From Macrostomum lignano (lineage: Eukaryota), in NCBI GenBank assembly GCA_002269645.1, contig NIVC01003977.1:1-64000 (forward strand): DNA of 64,000 bases, in the 5' to 3' direction. The translations under genes were made by a program, and so were the position numbers. The notes under the pieces are model-generated. The model was not told the DNA's origin. It saw only the letters and a list, made by a program, of their open reading frames with translations, and did no database searches. Numbering within the stretch: position 1 is the first letter of the stretch; every line of letters starts with the position of its first letter. This document shows positions 1 to 11,559 of the stretch, piece after piece.

Positions 1-119
1 AATGGGAACACGATATAAATAGCTAAAATCTTAATCTCAGTCCGATGCTGGTGTAAGAAAACGGCCGTAGGTCACGTGATAGAGTGAAAGACAGTGCGGA
101 GAACGAGACAATAGGATAG

Positions 120-1030
120 AAGAATGAGACAGTCATGTGATATAGTTAGAGACAGGATGAGAGAGACAGGGTGAGAGAGAGAGAACAGGGTGAGAGAGAG
201 ACGGCGAGAGAGAGAACAGGGTGAGAGAGAGAGAGGCGAGAGTGAGACAGGGTGAGAGAGAGGGGGTGAGAGAGAGACAGGATGAGCGAGACAGGATGAG
301 AGAGACAGGATGAGAGAGACTGGGTGAGTGAGAGAGACAGGATGAGAGAGATGGGTGAGAGAGAGACAGATGAGAGAGACTGGGTGAGAGAGAGACAGGA
401 TGAGAGAGAGACAGGTGTGAGAGAGAGAACATGATAACAGAGGTAGGGTGAGAGAGAGACAGGGTGAGAGAGAGACAGGATGAGAGAGAGACAGGATGAG
501 AGAGAGAGAGACAGGGTGAGAGAGAGACAGGATGAGAGAGAGAAGGGTGAGAGAGAGAGAATGAGAGGTGTGAGAGACGAGACAGGGTGAGAGAGAGAGA
601 CAGGGTGAGAGAGAGACAGGATGAGAGAGAGACAGGTGAGAGAGAGAAGGTGAGAGAGAGAAGGATGAGAGAGAGACAGGTGAGAGAGAGACAGGGTGAG
701 AGAGAGACAAGGTGAAAGAGAGACAAGGTGGGAGAGAGAAGGGTGAGAGAGAGACAGGTGAAAGAGAGACAAGGTGAGAGAGAGACAGGGTGAGAGAGAG
801 ACAGGGTGAGAGAGAGACAAGGTGAAAGAGAGACAAGGTGAGAGAGAGACAGGGTGAGAGAGAGACAAGGTGAGAGAGAGACAAGGTGAGAGAGAGACAG
901 GGTGAGAGAGAGACAGACGGGTGAGAGAGAGACAGGGTGAGAGAGAGACAAGGTGAGAGAGAGACAGAATGAGAGAGAGAGCGGGTGAGAGAGAGAGAGA
1001 GACAGGGTGAGGCAGGAGAGAGGGTGAGAG
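120..1030. repeat. Purine-rich (GA)n-based minisatellite, core GAGAGAGACAGGGT
   Basis: Direct reading; ORFs 72..884, 133..951 and 146..1120 are low-complexity translations of it. Confidence 0.95.
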
Positions 1031-1299
1031 TGAGAGGGAGTTAATACAAGAGCAGGGCGAAGGCAAAATGAGACAGATACCTAGTCTAGTGTGGGCGTCA
1101 TGCGAAGGAGCTCGTAACAATAATTAATCCTCAATGACCATGCACACTTATAGACGCATGCGATGAATATCGAAATTCAAGCAAATAAGTATCAATACAT
1201 TTCGTTCTTTAGTGAATTATCTAGATTTGCCTGGCGCTGCAATCTTATAATCATAAATACATTAGTTAAGCTGTTGCATGTCAATTTTGTTATTCTTAC

Positions 1300-1780
1300 C
1301 TTTGCTGAAAGCAAAGCCGACTCACTGCAGTTCAGACCAATGCGATATTCGGCCAACAGCAAAATCTGCTGCTTCAACAATAGGTATACTTTATAGCTGA
1401 AGGGAATAACAAATTTAAAGCCACTGCGCGATAGGGGCCGCCGATAGGCGCGTGTGACCGCACGTCGGCTCACTGGGAGAGGCCAGTTGTATTTGTACGG
1501 AGAGCGCGGGGTCGGCTGGGGCTATTTTTAGAACTGTCGTCATTGGCTCCGTACGGACCCCGAATTTAACTGGCTGCCGCTGCGGGCAATGAAATGTGTT
1601 CATTGCATATTGTACGAGTACACTCCCCAGCCCAGTCAGTTCATAAAGCACGGCCGGCCCTGGGGCTGCCTGTGAAGATCCAGCAGCGAGCAGAATGCCG
1701 TCAGAGAATGATTTTTGCAATGTAAATAATCCGGAAAAGTTTCTTGCACTGCTGACAGTGATTGGAAGAAAATCGGTGAA
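1300..1780 (-). CDS. Probable internal coding exon of an unidentified gene, with one apparent 1-bp frameshift near 1455
   Basis: Non-repetitive open stretch between two microsatellites; acceptor ttttccaag|TTC at 1780 and donor AAG|gtaag at 1300. Reads FTDFLPITV...PTCGHTR, then shifts frame to AYRRPLSRSGFKF...LLSAK. The 481-nt length is one base off phase 0/0. No family recognised. Confidence 0.4.
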
Positions 1781-1794
1781 CTTGGAAAAAGATA

Positions 1795-1852
1795 GATGGA
1801 TAGGTAGATAGATAGGTAGATAGATAGGTAGATAGATAGGTAGATAGATAGG

Positions 1853-1890
<38 letters not shown>

Positions 1891-1904
1891 CAAACAGACA
1901 GACA

Positions 1905-1937
<33 letters not shown>

Positions 1938-2041
1938 ACAGACACAAATAGACAGAGAGACAGACAGACAGACAGGCAGGCAGGCAGGCAGGCAGGCAGA
2001 CAGACAGACAGAGAGACAGGCAGGCATGCAGGCAAACACAA

Positions 2042-2090
<49 letters not shown>

Positions 2091-2099
2091 TAGATAGAC

Positions 2100-2133
<34 letters not shown>

Positions 2134-2159
2134 TAGACAGATAGATAGACGACAGACAT

Positions 2160-2248
<89 letters not shown>

Positions 2249-2256
2249 TAGATGAC

Positions 2257-2294
<38 letters not shown>

Positions 2295-2314
2295 TAGATA
2301 GACCGACAGATTAT

Positions 2315-2369
<55 letters not shown>

Positions 2370-2432
2370 CACAGACAGACAGACAGACAGACAGACAGAG
2401 AGGCAGGCAGGCAGGCATGCAGGCAGACACAA

Positions 2433-2471
<39 letters not shown>

Positions 2472-2472
2472 C

Positions 2473-2513
<41 letters not shown>

Positions 2514-2546
2514 GAGGCAGGCAGGCAGGCATGCAGGCAGACACAA

Positions 2547-2605
<59 letters not shown>

Positions 2606-2655
2606 CATAGACAGAAGACAGACAGACAGAGAGACAGGCATGCAGGCAGACACAA

Positions 2656-2734
<79 letters not shown>

Positions 2735-2767
2735 GAGGCAGGCAGGCAGGCATGCAGGCAGACACAA

Positions 2768-2838
<71 letters not shown>

Positions 2839-2920
2839 CATAGACAGACAGACAGACAGACAGAGAGACAGGCATGCAGGCAGACACAAATAGACAGACA
2901 GACAGTCAGACAGACAGACA
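1795..2920. repeat. (GATA)n/(GACA)n/(GGCA)n compound tetranucleotide microsatellite
   Basis: Direct reading. Confidence 0.97.
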
Positions 2921-3379
2921 GTTTAGAACAACAGTTTAGATTTAAATGAAAAACGCTGCATGCAGTCAATAATAACACGGATTTTCAACCGCAATAACAG
3001 AGCGGGACCAATAAGACAAAACAGCGTCTATCATACAAAAAGTGAGCGAGCGTTCTATTTGTCACCGCGGTGCAGGAATCAGCGCACACAAAAACTGTTC
3101 GCATTTCGGAGAAGTGAAATACAGTCATAAGCACAGGGGTCAGTAGTTGAGCCGGGATGAAAAACCGTAACAAACGACAAGTGCAAAAACAGTGCAAAAT
3201 ACAAAAATTGACTCAGATTAGCAGGGAGGTTTGCTGAAAAGTGCTATGAAAATTGAAACTCCGGCACAATAAATGTCATGAATTAAATTCAACACGAGCG
3301 GCAAGGCTCAAGGGCTCAGCTGGTTGGTTCTACTCCAGCACTCCAGTGGGCACAGCTAAATTTACTTTTCATAGCTGAG

Positions 3380-3950
3380 GGAGACCTAATGAGACAGATG
3401 AGGGAGATCTAATGCGATTAGATGAGAGAGATCTAATGAGATTAGATGATAGAGACGTAATGAGACAGGTGAAGGACACCTAATGAGACAGGTGAGGGAG
3501 ACCTAATGAGACCGTTGAGGGAGACCTAATGAGACAGGTGAGAGAGCCCTAATGAGACAGGTGAGAGCGACCTAATGAGACAGGTGAGAGCGACCTAATG
3601 AGACAGGTGAGAGAGACCTAATGTTACAGGTGAGAGAGACCTAATGTTACAGGTGAGAGAGACCTAATGTTACAGGTGAGAGAGACCTAATGTTACAGGT
3701 GAGAGAGACCTAATGAGACAGGTGAGAGAGACCTAATGTTACAGGTGAGAGAGACCTAATGTTACAGGTGAGAGAGACCTAATGAGACAGGTGACAGAGC
3801 CCTAATGAGACAGGTGAGAGACCTAATGAGACAGGTGAGAGAGACCTAATGAGACAGGTGAGAGAGACCTAATGAGACAGGTGAGAGACCTAATGAGACA
3901 GGTGAGAGACCTAATGAGACAGGTGAGAGACCTAATGAGACAGATAAGGG
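3380..3950. repeat. 21-23 bp minisatellite (GAGAGACCTAATGAGACAGGT)
   Basis: About 25 tandem copies. Confidence 0.95.
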
Positions 3951-4587
3951 AGGCAACTACACCGAACCAGGTTGAGCAAGCCAAGAAAGTAATTAACTAG
4001 ATAACAATAATACTAGATGATTTTTTTTAAAAACTATGAAAAAATTAACAGAATTTGATAATGAAAAAAGCTTTGGAAAAGGGCCGCAGAAAAGACTCTA
4101 TATTGCAGATTTGTATTCATAAAAAATCAAAAAGAGAACTCAAAAAAAACTATTTTTTGCAACGAATACAAGTAACAGATCGAGCAAGTATAATAATACA
4201 ATTCGTATGATATAAAAACAAAAGGAAGAATTCATGCTTAGGTAATTAAGCAAATAAATCAATCAAAATCTGAGCTGATTATTTTAGTTTTGTCACCTGC
4301 ACTTTTCTTGAGCGTCGATTTGACGATTGTAAAAAAAGCACCTAATAGGTAGTAATTTATATATAGCTAATAAAAAACTGACTTAGCACAGTGCGCTACT
4401 AACAGTAGCAGGGAAAAAGTTTACGATAAACGAATATAAATAGATGTACATGGCGCGCGCAAAATAACACCACGCTTGTTTAATTAGTAATAGGCGAGAC
4501 GACTTCGGCGGTTGACTAAATAAATAAACGAGAATACAAATGATAAGTAAAAAGAGCGCTATATATAGCATGCTTGCCATGGCTCAG

Positions 4588-4985
4588 CCAAGGACAACTA
4601 GGACAATCTGGACTGATAGCTTCTCAAAATATTCAAAGACAACTAAGTAAGACAATCCTGGACTGATAGCTTCTCCTCAAAGATTAAATTCAAGGACAAC
4701 TAAGTAGACAATCCTGGACTGATAGCTTCTCCTCAAAGATTAAATTCAAGGACAACTAAGTAAGACAATCCTGGACTGAAAGCTTCTCCTCCAAGATTAA
4801 ATTCAAGGACAACTAAGTAAGACAATCCTGGACTGAAAGCTTCTCCTCCAAGATTAAATTCAAGGACAACTAAGTAAGACAATCCTGGACTGAAAGCTTC
4901 TCCTCAAAGATTAAATTCAAGGACAACTAAGTAGACAATCTGGACTGATAGCTTCTCAAAAATTAAATTAAAGGACGACTTAAGT
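4588..4985. repeat. 56-57 bp minisatellite
   Basis: CAAGGACAAC recurs at 4691, 4747, 4804, 4861 and 4918; about 7 copies. Confidence 0.93.
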
Positions 4986-5687
4986 AGGGAGGACAGGAAA
5001 CTTTATTTCTTAGAAAACTCACTACTCCAAGACTTTTAAATGGAGCACTTGTACTTTTATTAATATACAAGACGTCTAGACAAATATTTAGCAGAAATTT
5101 TCACAGGTTTCCCGACCCTGAGTATTTTTTAAGTCAGAAGGGGGCTATATCCGAAGCCCAGATCTCCAGCTCACTCTGACTCAACAGCGCCAATAGATGA
5201 AGAATATCAATAGATTATTATTACAAAACTTGAAACACGATACAAAAAAGCAGAGCAAATTGAACTAACAAAGAAACACAAGAATTGCAGAAGAAAAAGC
5301 ACAACAAACTAGAAATAAACTGCAATAAAAGTTGAGAACTGAAAAATGGTATTATAAAAGCAGAAACCGGATCGCTGGGGATGGGATGGAGCTAATCATA
5401 AAGCAAGTTATGCTGTTCTAGACCAGATTAGAATTATATTGTATTAATAACTATAAACGCAAAACAAAAATCAATGCATATAAATATGCTTTATATACAG
5501 TCATCAAAACTTAGGTACTTTTTGGACAACCGATAAGACGCTGAAATCATCGAAATCAACTCAAGAATATAAAAAGAGTTTCTGAATCAAAACTAAACAA
5601 ACGATTGAAACTGAAAATACACCAATAATACATCCTGACTTTTTATTCCAGCTTTATTTAGTTTAAAGGCAATCTTTCTCTTCAAGA

Positions 5688-5987
5688 GGGGTTGCAGCCT
5701 AGTGGTTAGAGTGTCTGACTCATGACCAAAGGTCGGGGGTTCGATTCCGATCCCACTGGAACAATTTGTGTCCCTGAGCAAGACAACTCTGCATTGCTTC
5801 AGTTCACCCAGCTGTAAAATGGGTGCCAGCATTAGCTGGGGTAACTGAGGGTGTGTGGCGACCCCCAGTCCTTGGACTGGACAGCCGTACGCAGCCTTCA
5901 GATGCGCCGTGCAATAGCTGCGGCTGAGCTTTCGGCTGCTCATCTAGCCGAATTGGGGCAGGTGTAGTTAATTATGAATTATTATTA
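5688..5987 (+). mobile_element. tRNA-derived SINE, family 1, copy 1
   Basis: Pol III A box (AGCCTAGTGGTTAG), B box (GGTTCGATTCC), CORE-like central block (TGTGTCCCTGAGCAAG...CAGCTGTAAAATGGG), (ATT)n tail, TSD TTCTCTTCAA at 5676-5685 and 5988-5997; two more copies in the window. Confidence 0.88.
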
Positions 5988-6400
5988 TTCTCTTCAAAGA
6001 TACTGGCAATTTGTCCTCTAATCTTCCCTAAGCTGTTTGTCAGTTTGTCGCGCCTCTCCCAGACCTTTGACGCGCACACATCTCGATCTACAACACCTGA
6101 GCCTCACAGGCGCAGGCACAGATACTATAAACACTAGACAGGCCACTCCAGCCAATCCTCACAACACGACAGTTTACTCCACTTTCTGCTTAGTAGTAGT
6201 AAAAACATTTTAGCGTTATTTATATTTTTTTAAAATAAAAAAACAGATGAATGCAATGCAGCAATTGTATTGATTTTTTGCAAAAAGAAACTTATAATTA
6301 TACTTTCCACAATTCAAAGCAACATTGTGAATGCTTTAGATTGCATAGAAGGCTATATTATTGCAGTCTACTATTGTATATTTAGCAAATACGAGCTATA

Positions 6401-7675
6401 TCATATACTCCATAATCCATATTCGTGAAGCAAAATAGAAAGATTTCTCATCTTAATCAGCTCATCTGTTTGTGAAACTCGCAGCGTGCTGTCGAAGAAC
6501 AGGGTCGCCAGTCGCCCTTGTTCAGAGGCAGCATTCAGAACGGCCCAACAGATGAAAAAAACTGGCGAATGCGCCACTTCAAGGTCCAGGGATGTATCCG
6601 ATGGAGCCAATCCTCAGTGGTTTCGTAACAGGCAGCCGATAAGCAGCAGGACTTTTGTGGTGCAGCTGCAATGAGCTGCTGATGAGATGACATCCTTTGA
6701 CCAGAGCACCCCTGACTGCGAGCGCCCTGCCGCCCAGTCGACCGCTGGAAGCTGCGCTAGCCACGCCTCCACAGTCCATGGATGCACGACTGCGCTGCAC
6801 TTGCCTTGACCATCGAGAGTTGCCGCTGCAGCCGCTTGATTTGCCTGTCGCTTTCGGGATTGCCGCTGCAGCCGCTTGATTTGCCTGTCGCTTTCGGGAT
6901 TGCCGCTGCAGCCGCTTGATTTGCCTGTCGCTTTCGGGATTGCCGCTGCAGCCGCTTGATTTGCCTGTCGCTTTCGGGATTGCCGCTGCAGCCGCTTGAT
7001 TCGCCTGTCACTTTCGGGATTGCCGCTGCAGCCGCTTGATTCGCCTGTCACTTTCGGGATCGTTGCTGCAGCCGCTTGATTCGCCTGTCACTTTCGGGAT
7101 CGTTGCTGCAGCCGCTTGATCTTTGCCTCTAGCGCTTGGAACCCGCGAATCGGCTGCAGAGGTGAGAGCTTTCAGCCGCAACAGCTGTTCTCGGCGCAGA
7201 ATCTGGTAGCCGAAGGTTGCTCTGCCACAGCACTGGCAGCAGGCAAGTCGCAGGCTCGGCTGCAGATAGATTGCTAATTGGCCCCAGCACTGGAGGTACA
7301 TGTCGTCTGCCTCTTCATCGTTTATCAGTCCTTTGCACAGAGGGTAGCTGGTCTATTTGAACGAGCCGAGGCAGCATCAACTCTTGGTGTGGGATTGCGT
7401 CCCAGCGAAAACAGATGTCTTGCACATCCGTGGCACTTTGTAAGGCAGCAGTAGGCCTCGTCCATAAAGTGCAAGCTGAACACACGGAGGCCCCGTGATT
7501 TAATTGTTTATAAAGATCAATATCCACGCTCCTGTAGTAGCTGCTGCCAGCGCTTCGCCAGTGTCATCTTTTGGTAATTTATGCATTCGCAACGGATTTT
7601 TCTTTCTCGGATGTTAATAGCACTAGTACAAAGCTCGTGCAAGTGGGAGCACAGCAGTGGTTCGAATCAAAACAT
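6401..7675 (-). pseudogene. Frameshifted, truncated THAP-domain P-type (THAP9-like) transposase
   Basis: Across frameshifts: HCCAPTC...MHKLPKD..LAKRW...VCS(L)HF, a THAP C2CH finger (7466-7675). Then WSKDVISS/LQLHHKSPAAYRL/LRNH.GLAPSDTSL...RLATLFFD, matching the W-S...AL.L...SP.AY..LR...LPS and L.FDE motifs of P-element transposases. Ends just after the first catalytic Asp. Confidence 0.75.
6823..7120. repeat. 40-bp tandem repeat inside the transposase remnant
   Basis: CCGCTGCAGCCGCTTGATTTGCCTGTCGCTTTCGGGATTG, about 7.5 copies. Confidence 0.95.
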
Positions 7676-8186
7676 TTCTCGAGTACAAGATTAGATAGAA
7701 AAGCTAGTATGCACTCGAACTTTCTTTAACTCTGACTCTTGTCCTGTTCATCTATATAAGCTTGTATTTAAGCACGATTCGCCACCCCCAAATTTTCTAA
7801 CCCACAACCTCTCAACCCCCACCCCACCCCTAACCCAGGCTAGCTATGTGCAGTCCTTTATTTTCTATCCCACCACCAGTAGGCCTAAATTATCGATCCA
7901 CTCACCCTGCCTTATACGAAACTGATATTAACCCTATTCCAGACTACCCCCCTTCCTCCACTTTGAAAGATAGCGGCATTGCACACTGTCTGTCGCGTCT
8001 TAATGTACACCATTACTGCACAAAACAAGTTAGTTGTTTATGGCGTTAGCAAAACGATGTCTTAAAAACAGTCACTCGATTTGTCTAATTTAGCAAATAA
8101 TACTGTTGCTTCCTTTCATTGCTACTAAGCAGAAAGTAGAATAAAAAACTTGCCCAGAAAATTAGCCTGAGTGGCCTATCTAGTGT

Positions 8187-9917
8187 TTATAGTATCTGTG
8201 GGCGCAGGTAGCCGCCTTCTGCCTGGCCGCCGTCTGGGAAGCCGTCAATCAGCTGGGAGCCCAGCGGTTGCAGCTCATGGCCGGAGCCGCCAAGCGCCCC
8301 ACTGCCGAACGAGGAGCCCAGGCCTCCGCCGCCGCCGCACCGGCTGGACGAGCTGAGGCAGGACTCGCTGCCTTCGTCCGCTTCACCCACTGACGATAGC
8401 GAAGCCTGCGCCGGCTGATGCTGCAGCTCCTCGGATTCGGCAACTGCGGCGTCGGCGGAGGCCAGCAGTTCGCCGGAGTCCGGGCAGCGCAGTCGATGGG
8501 CCCGGACCTCGCCAATCAGCTGACTGCGCCGGCTAATCAAGTGCGACACCGTGGACTCCAGCTGGGCATTGTCGGACTCCAGGCCGCGTACAGCCTCAGT
8601 GAGGCATTCGATGCGATCTTGGCGCTTCTTGCGGCACTTGGCTGCGGCCACTCGATTGCGCTCGCGGCGCTTCTCCCGGCGCTGCAACTCCTCCGGCTGG
8701 CTCTGGCGGAGAAGGGCAGGCGGACAGGCCAATGCGCGACACAAAGCACAAACATTTCAAACAAAATGCTAACCGTTTTTTCAGGACATTAGGTGGGTGC
8801 ACACGGGGAACCAGCGTGGTAGCGCCATCATGGAGGCGCTTAGCCTGGCAAGGAGGCGCCATCGTGGGGGCGCCAGCAACAGCAGTAAGTACTCTACCCT
8901 CTCCAGCCATTCATTCAGTAAGCACCCTACCCTCTCCAGCCATTCATTCAGTAAGCACCCTACCCTCTCCAGCCATTCATTCAGCAAACACCCTACCCTC
9001 TCCAGCCATTCATTCAGCAAGCACCCTACCCTCTCCAGCTACTTTTTCAGCAAGCACCCTATCCTCAAAAGATCATTAATTCAGTAAGCGCAGCTACCCT
9101 TTCTAATAATTAATTCAGCAAGCGATGCTCTCCAATGCTTTATGACGCTGCCCCAACCCAACCAATTAGGGATCAGGCTATCCTAAGCAACTACAAAGTA
9201 AAATTAAAGCAATATAACCTAACCAACCTTAGCCGTTTTACTCCAAAATTTCCGACCTCCGCCAGTGCCGGTGGCCGCGCCGCTTCGCTGCTTCTTCGAC
9301 GACCGACTTTTTGTTAAAGCTCCGCTGGTGCCGCCATCAACAGCTGCTAGCAGATTCGAATCTCCATCATCGCCAGTGTCATCAATCTCGTCTTCATCGT
9401 TATCGTCTTGATCAACATCTTCGTTGAAATGGGCGCCTAAAGGCTCTGACTGGACGGTAGGCGGCGGCGGAGGCTGCTGCTGATGGTGCTGCAGCAGGGG
9501 CTCGGTGAGCGGCAGCTGTAGCTGTTGCACATAGTGCTCTTGCGGATGCTGGAAATGATGCTGATGATGCTGATGATGCAAATGATGAGGCATATCAGCA
9601 TAGCCTTGGCCGCCTAACAATGGGCCATTGGAAAGTACAATTGGCTTCAGTATGAGCCCCGGCTCAAGCGACTGCTGGTGCGGCTGGTGATGATGCGGCT
9701 GCTGCACCGGATGCTGCTGGTAGCAGCTAGCCGCCGATAAGTAGGCTCCGCCGCTGCTGCCGCCGCTGGCGTCGATGCAAAAATTTGCCGAATTGTATCC
9801 CGCATTAATATTGGTTGTCATGACAACGATTCCGCCGCTGCCGACGCCGGAACTGGGAACTGCTGCGGAGCCGCTGATTTCAGTTGGGCTTCGGGCAGCA
9901 GAGTCGGAGTAGATGAC
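8187..9917 (-). CDS. FOS/ATF3-like: Fos/ATF3-family (AP-1) bZIP transcription factor; exons 9917 (or ATG 9821)-9228 and 8702-8187
   Basis: Basic region REKRRERNRVAAAKCRKKR, five-heptad leucine zipper and terminal AHRLRC, as in the Fos/ATF3 H-x-P-x-C motif. Phase-0 intron 8703-9227 (AAG|gttggt ... ccgccag|AGC) lies just before the basic region, as in c-Fos. Gln/His-rich N-terminal exon; acceptor tttcag at 9918-9920 allows a further upstream exon. Confidence 0.88.
8885..9110. repeat. 33-bp minisatellite in the bZIP intron
   Basis: CAGTAAGCACCCTACCCTCTCCAGCCATTCATT, about 5-6 copies with decaying flanks. Confidence 0.9.
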
Positions 9918-9931
9918 CTGAAATTCGAATA

Positions 9932-10245
9932 GTTGTAGCCTAGTGGTCAGAGCGTCGGACTTACGACTTGAATGTCGAGGGTTCGATTCCTGATCCCACT
10001 CGGAACAATTTGTGTCCTTGAGCAAGACACTCAACTCTGCATTGCTTCAGTCCACCTAGCTGTAAAAAGGGTGCCAGCATTAGCTGGGGTAATTGAGGGT
10101 GTGTGCCCCCCCCTCCCCAGTCCTTGGACTGAACAGCCATACGCAGCCTTCAGATGCACCGTGCAATAGCTGGCTGAGCTGTCGATTGCACAAATGGCCG
10201 ATAGGGCAGGTATAATCAATCATTATCATTATTATTATTATCATT
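9932..10245 (+). mobile_element. tRNA-derived SINE, family 1, copy 2
   Basis: Colinear with 5688-5987; A/B boxes, (ATT/ATC)n tail, short TSD GAATAGT at 9927-9933 and 10246-10252. Confidence 0.87.
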
Positions 10246-10770
10246 GAATAGTACATTGATGCCCAATGGAAACTAAATTCTTGTAGGTCTGGTGTTTAGC
10301 ATACATTTTTATACACTTATTTCATACTAATATGCCATTAACTAAAATTTACAGATAGGCTTACCAATTTGGGATATTTTTAAAAAATAATTTTTTTTTA
10401 TTACAGAAATATAGACCTTCCCTATCCACATTGAGTAATTTGATGAGCATAATGCTTAATGATGTGTTTATTATCATAGAAAAGACAATATTTCTAATAT
10501 ATTGTAGATTATAAAATTCTAATTTAATAGACAAAGTGACCAAAGATCAGATGACATTTTATACAATTTCCATGGGCATGATTATTAGATAACACAATTA
10601 TTTATTTTGCCATACATGTAGGCTATAACCATTAATATAGATGACTAGAGATAGGGTAACATCTGTATATATATATATTTAAATACATTAGAAAAAATGA
10701 TATAGAAAAAGAAAAAAGTAGCTATAAATATAGGTTAGGCCTATCTTGTTAAAAAATGTGTTATTACTTC

Positions 10771-10986
10771 AGCAAGCCTAGGCCTAGAGTCTAATATAAA
10801 ACAACATAGGTTTATTAGCTTTTGTTAGAATATATTTGTCAAAGCAAGCCTAGGCCTAGAGTCTAATATAAAACAACATAGGTTTATTAGCTTTTGTTAG
10901 AATATATTTGTCAAAGCAAGCCTAGGCCTAGAGTCTAATATAAAACAACATAGGTTTACTAGCTTTTGTTAGAATATATTTGTCAA
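10771..10986. repeat. 72-bp tandem triplication
   Basis: AGCAAGCCTAGGCCTAGAG starts at 10771, 10843 and 10915. Confidence 0.93.
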
Positions 10987-11559
10987 AATATAGGAGGTTC
11001 TAAAATATAGACATCTTAGGCCTATCCCATGGACAGTTTAATTAGACTATTTATAATAAAATACATAGGCTAAACAATCAATTTTTGAGGGACTAATAAA
11101 AAACTATTACACTTTAAATATTATATACAATAAACACCCTTGAAATACCCAAAAAAATATAAAATTAAATACTTTTTATCAGAATAAAGGGAATGACCAA
11201 TAAATGCATATACCTTAGTCTAAATCTTACCTGGTAGTAACCTAGGCTATAGCTATAAGCTGTAGAGCCCTATTGCAACAAAGGGTCAAATCATGTCAGA
11301 TAGTTCTTTAGGTGTCCCAAACAAAGCTAGCCTAGCTTTCTTTGGTATAGACACTTGAATCTTTACATGCTAGCATGCCAATCAGCTTTTTAGTTACGAG
11401 TATACTAGACTATTATCATCACAAAAACTCTTTGCTTGCAATAAGGCTATAAAGATAAAATTTGATTCTTATTTTAGGATAAAACTAGCAATCCAGCCCA
11501 TTTGGGGAGTGCAAAAAAGAAAATGAAAATATGGCTAAAATACTAAAGAATAAACCCAT

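Larger units (their letters stand above)
6117..8200 (-). mobile_element. P-superfamily (THAP-transposase) DNA transposon, internally deleted, non-autonomous
   Basis: 40-bp TIRs (6117-6156 and 8161-8200; 36/40 identical, outer 22 bp perfect, CA...TG ends); perfect 8-bp TSD GGCGCAGG at 6109-6116 and 8201-8208; internal THAP and P-transposase N-terminal remnants. Confidence 0.93.

Noticed and set aside
72-2978. Long ORFs of 270-490 aa (SLSHPV..., SVCL..., TDRQ...)
   Set aside because: Translations of GA and GACA microsatellites. The same applies to repeat ORFs at 11.8-13.1, 32.1-32.5, 34.5-36.9, 45.9-46.9, 53.1-53.5, 55.7-55.9, 60.6-61.4 and 62.3-63.0 kb.
4383-4580. 65-aa minus-strand ORF with a hydrophobic N-terminus
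   Set aside because: AT-rich sequence readily yields hydrophobic ORFs; no convincing splice link or homology recognised.
4588-4985. Regularly spaced repeats as a possible CRISPR array
   Set aside because: Units are contiguous with no unique spacers, the context is eukaryotic and there are no cas genes; the same holds for all other arrays.
5688-5760. tRNA-like sequence with A and B boxes (also at 9932, 12461 and 59447)
   Set aside because: No complete cloverleaf or acceptor stem; it continues into a shared SINE body with tail and TSD.
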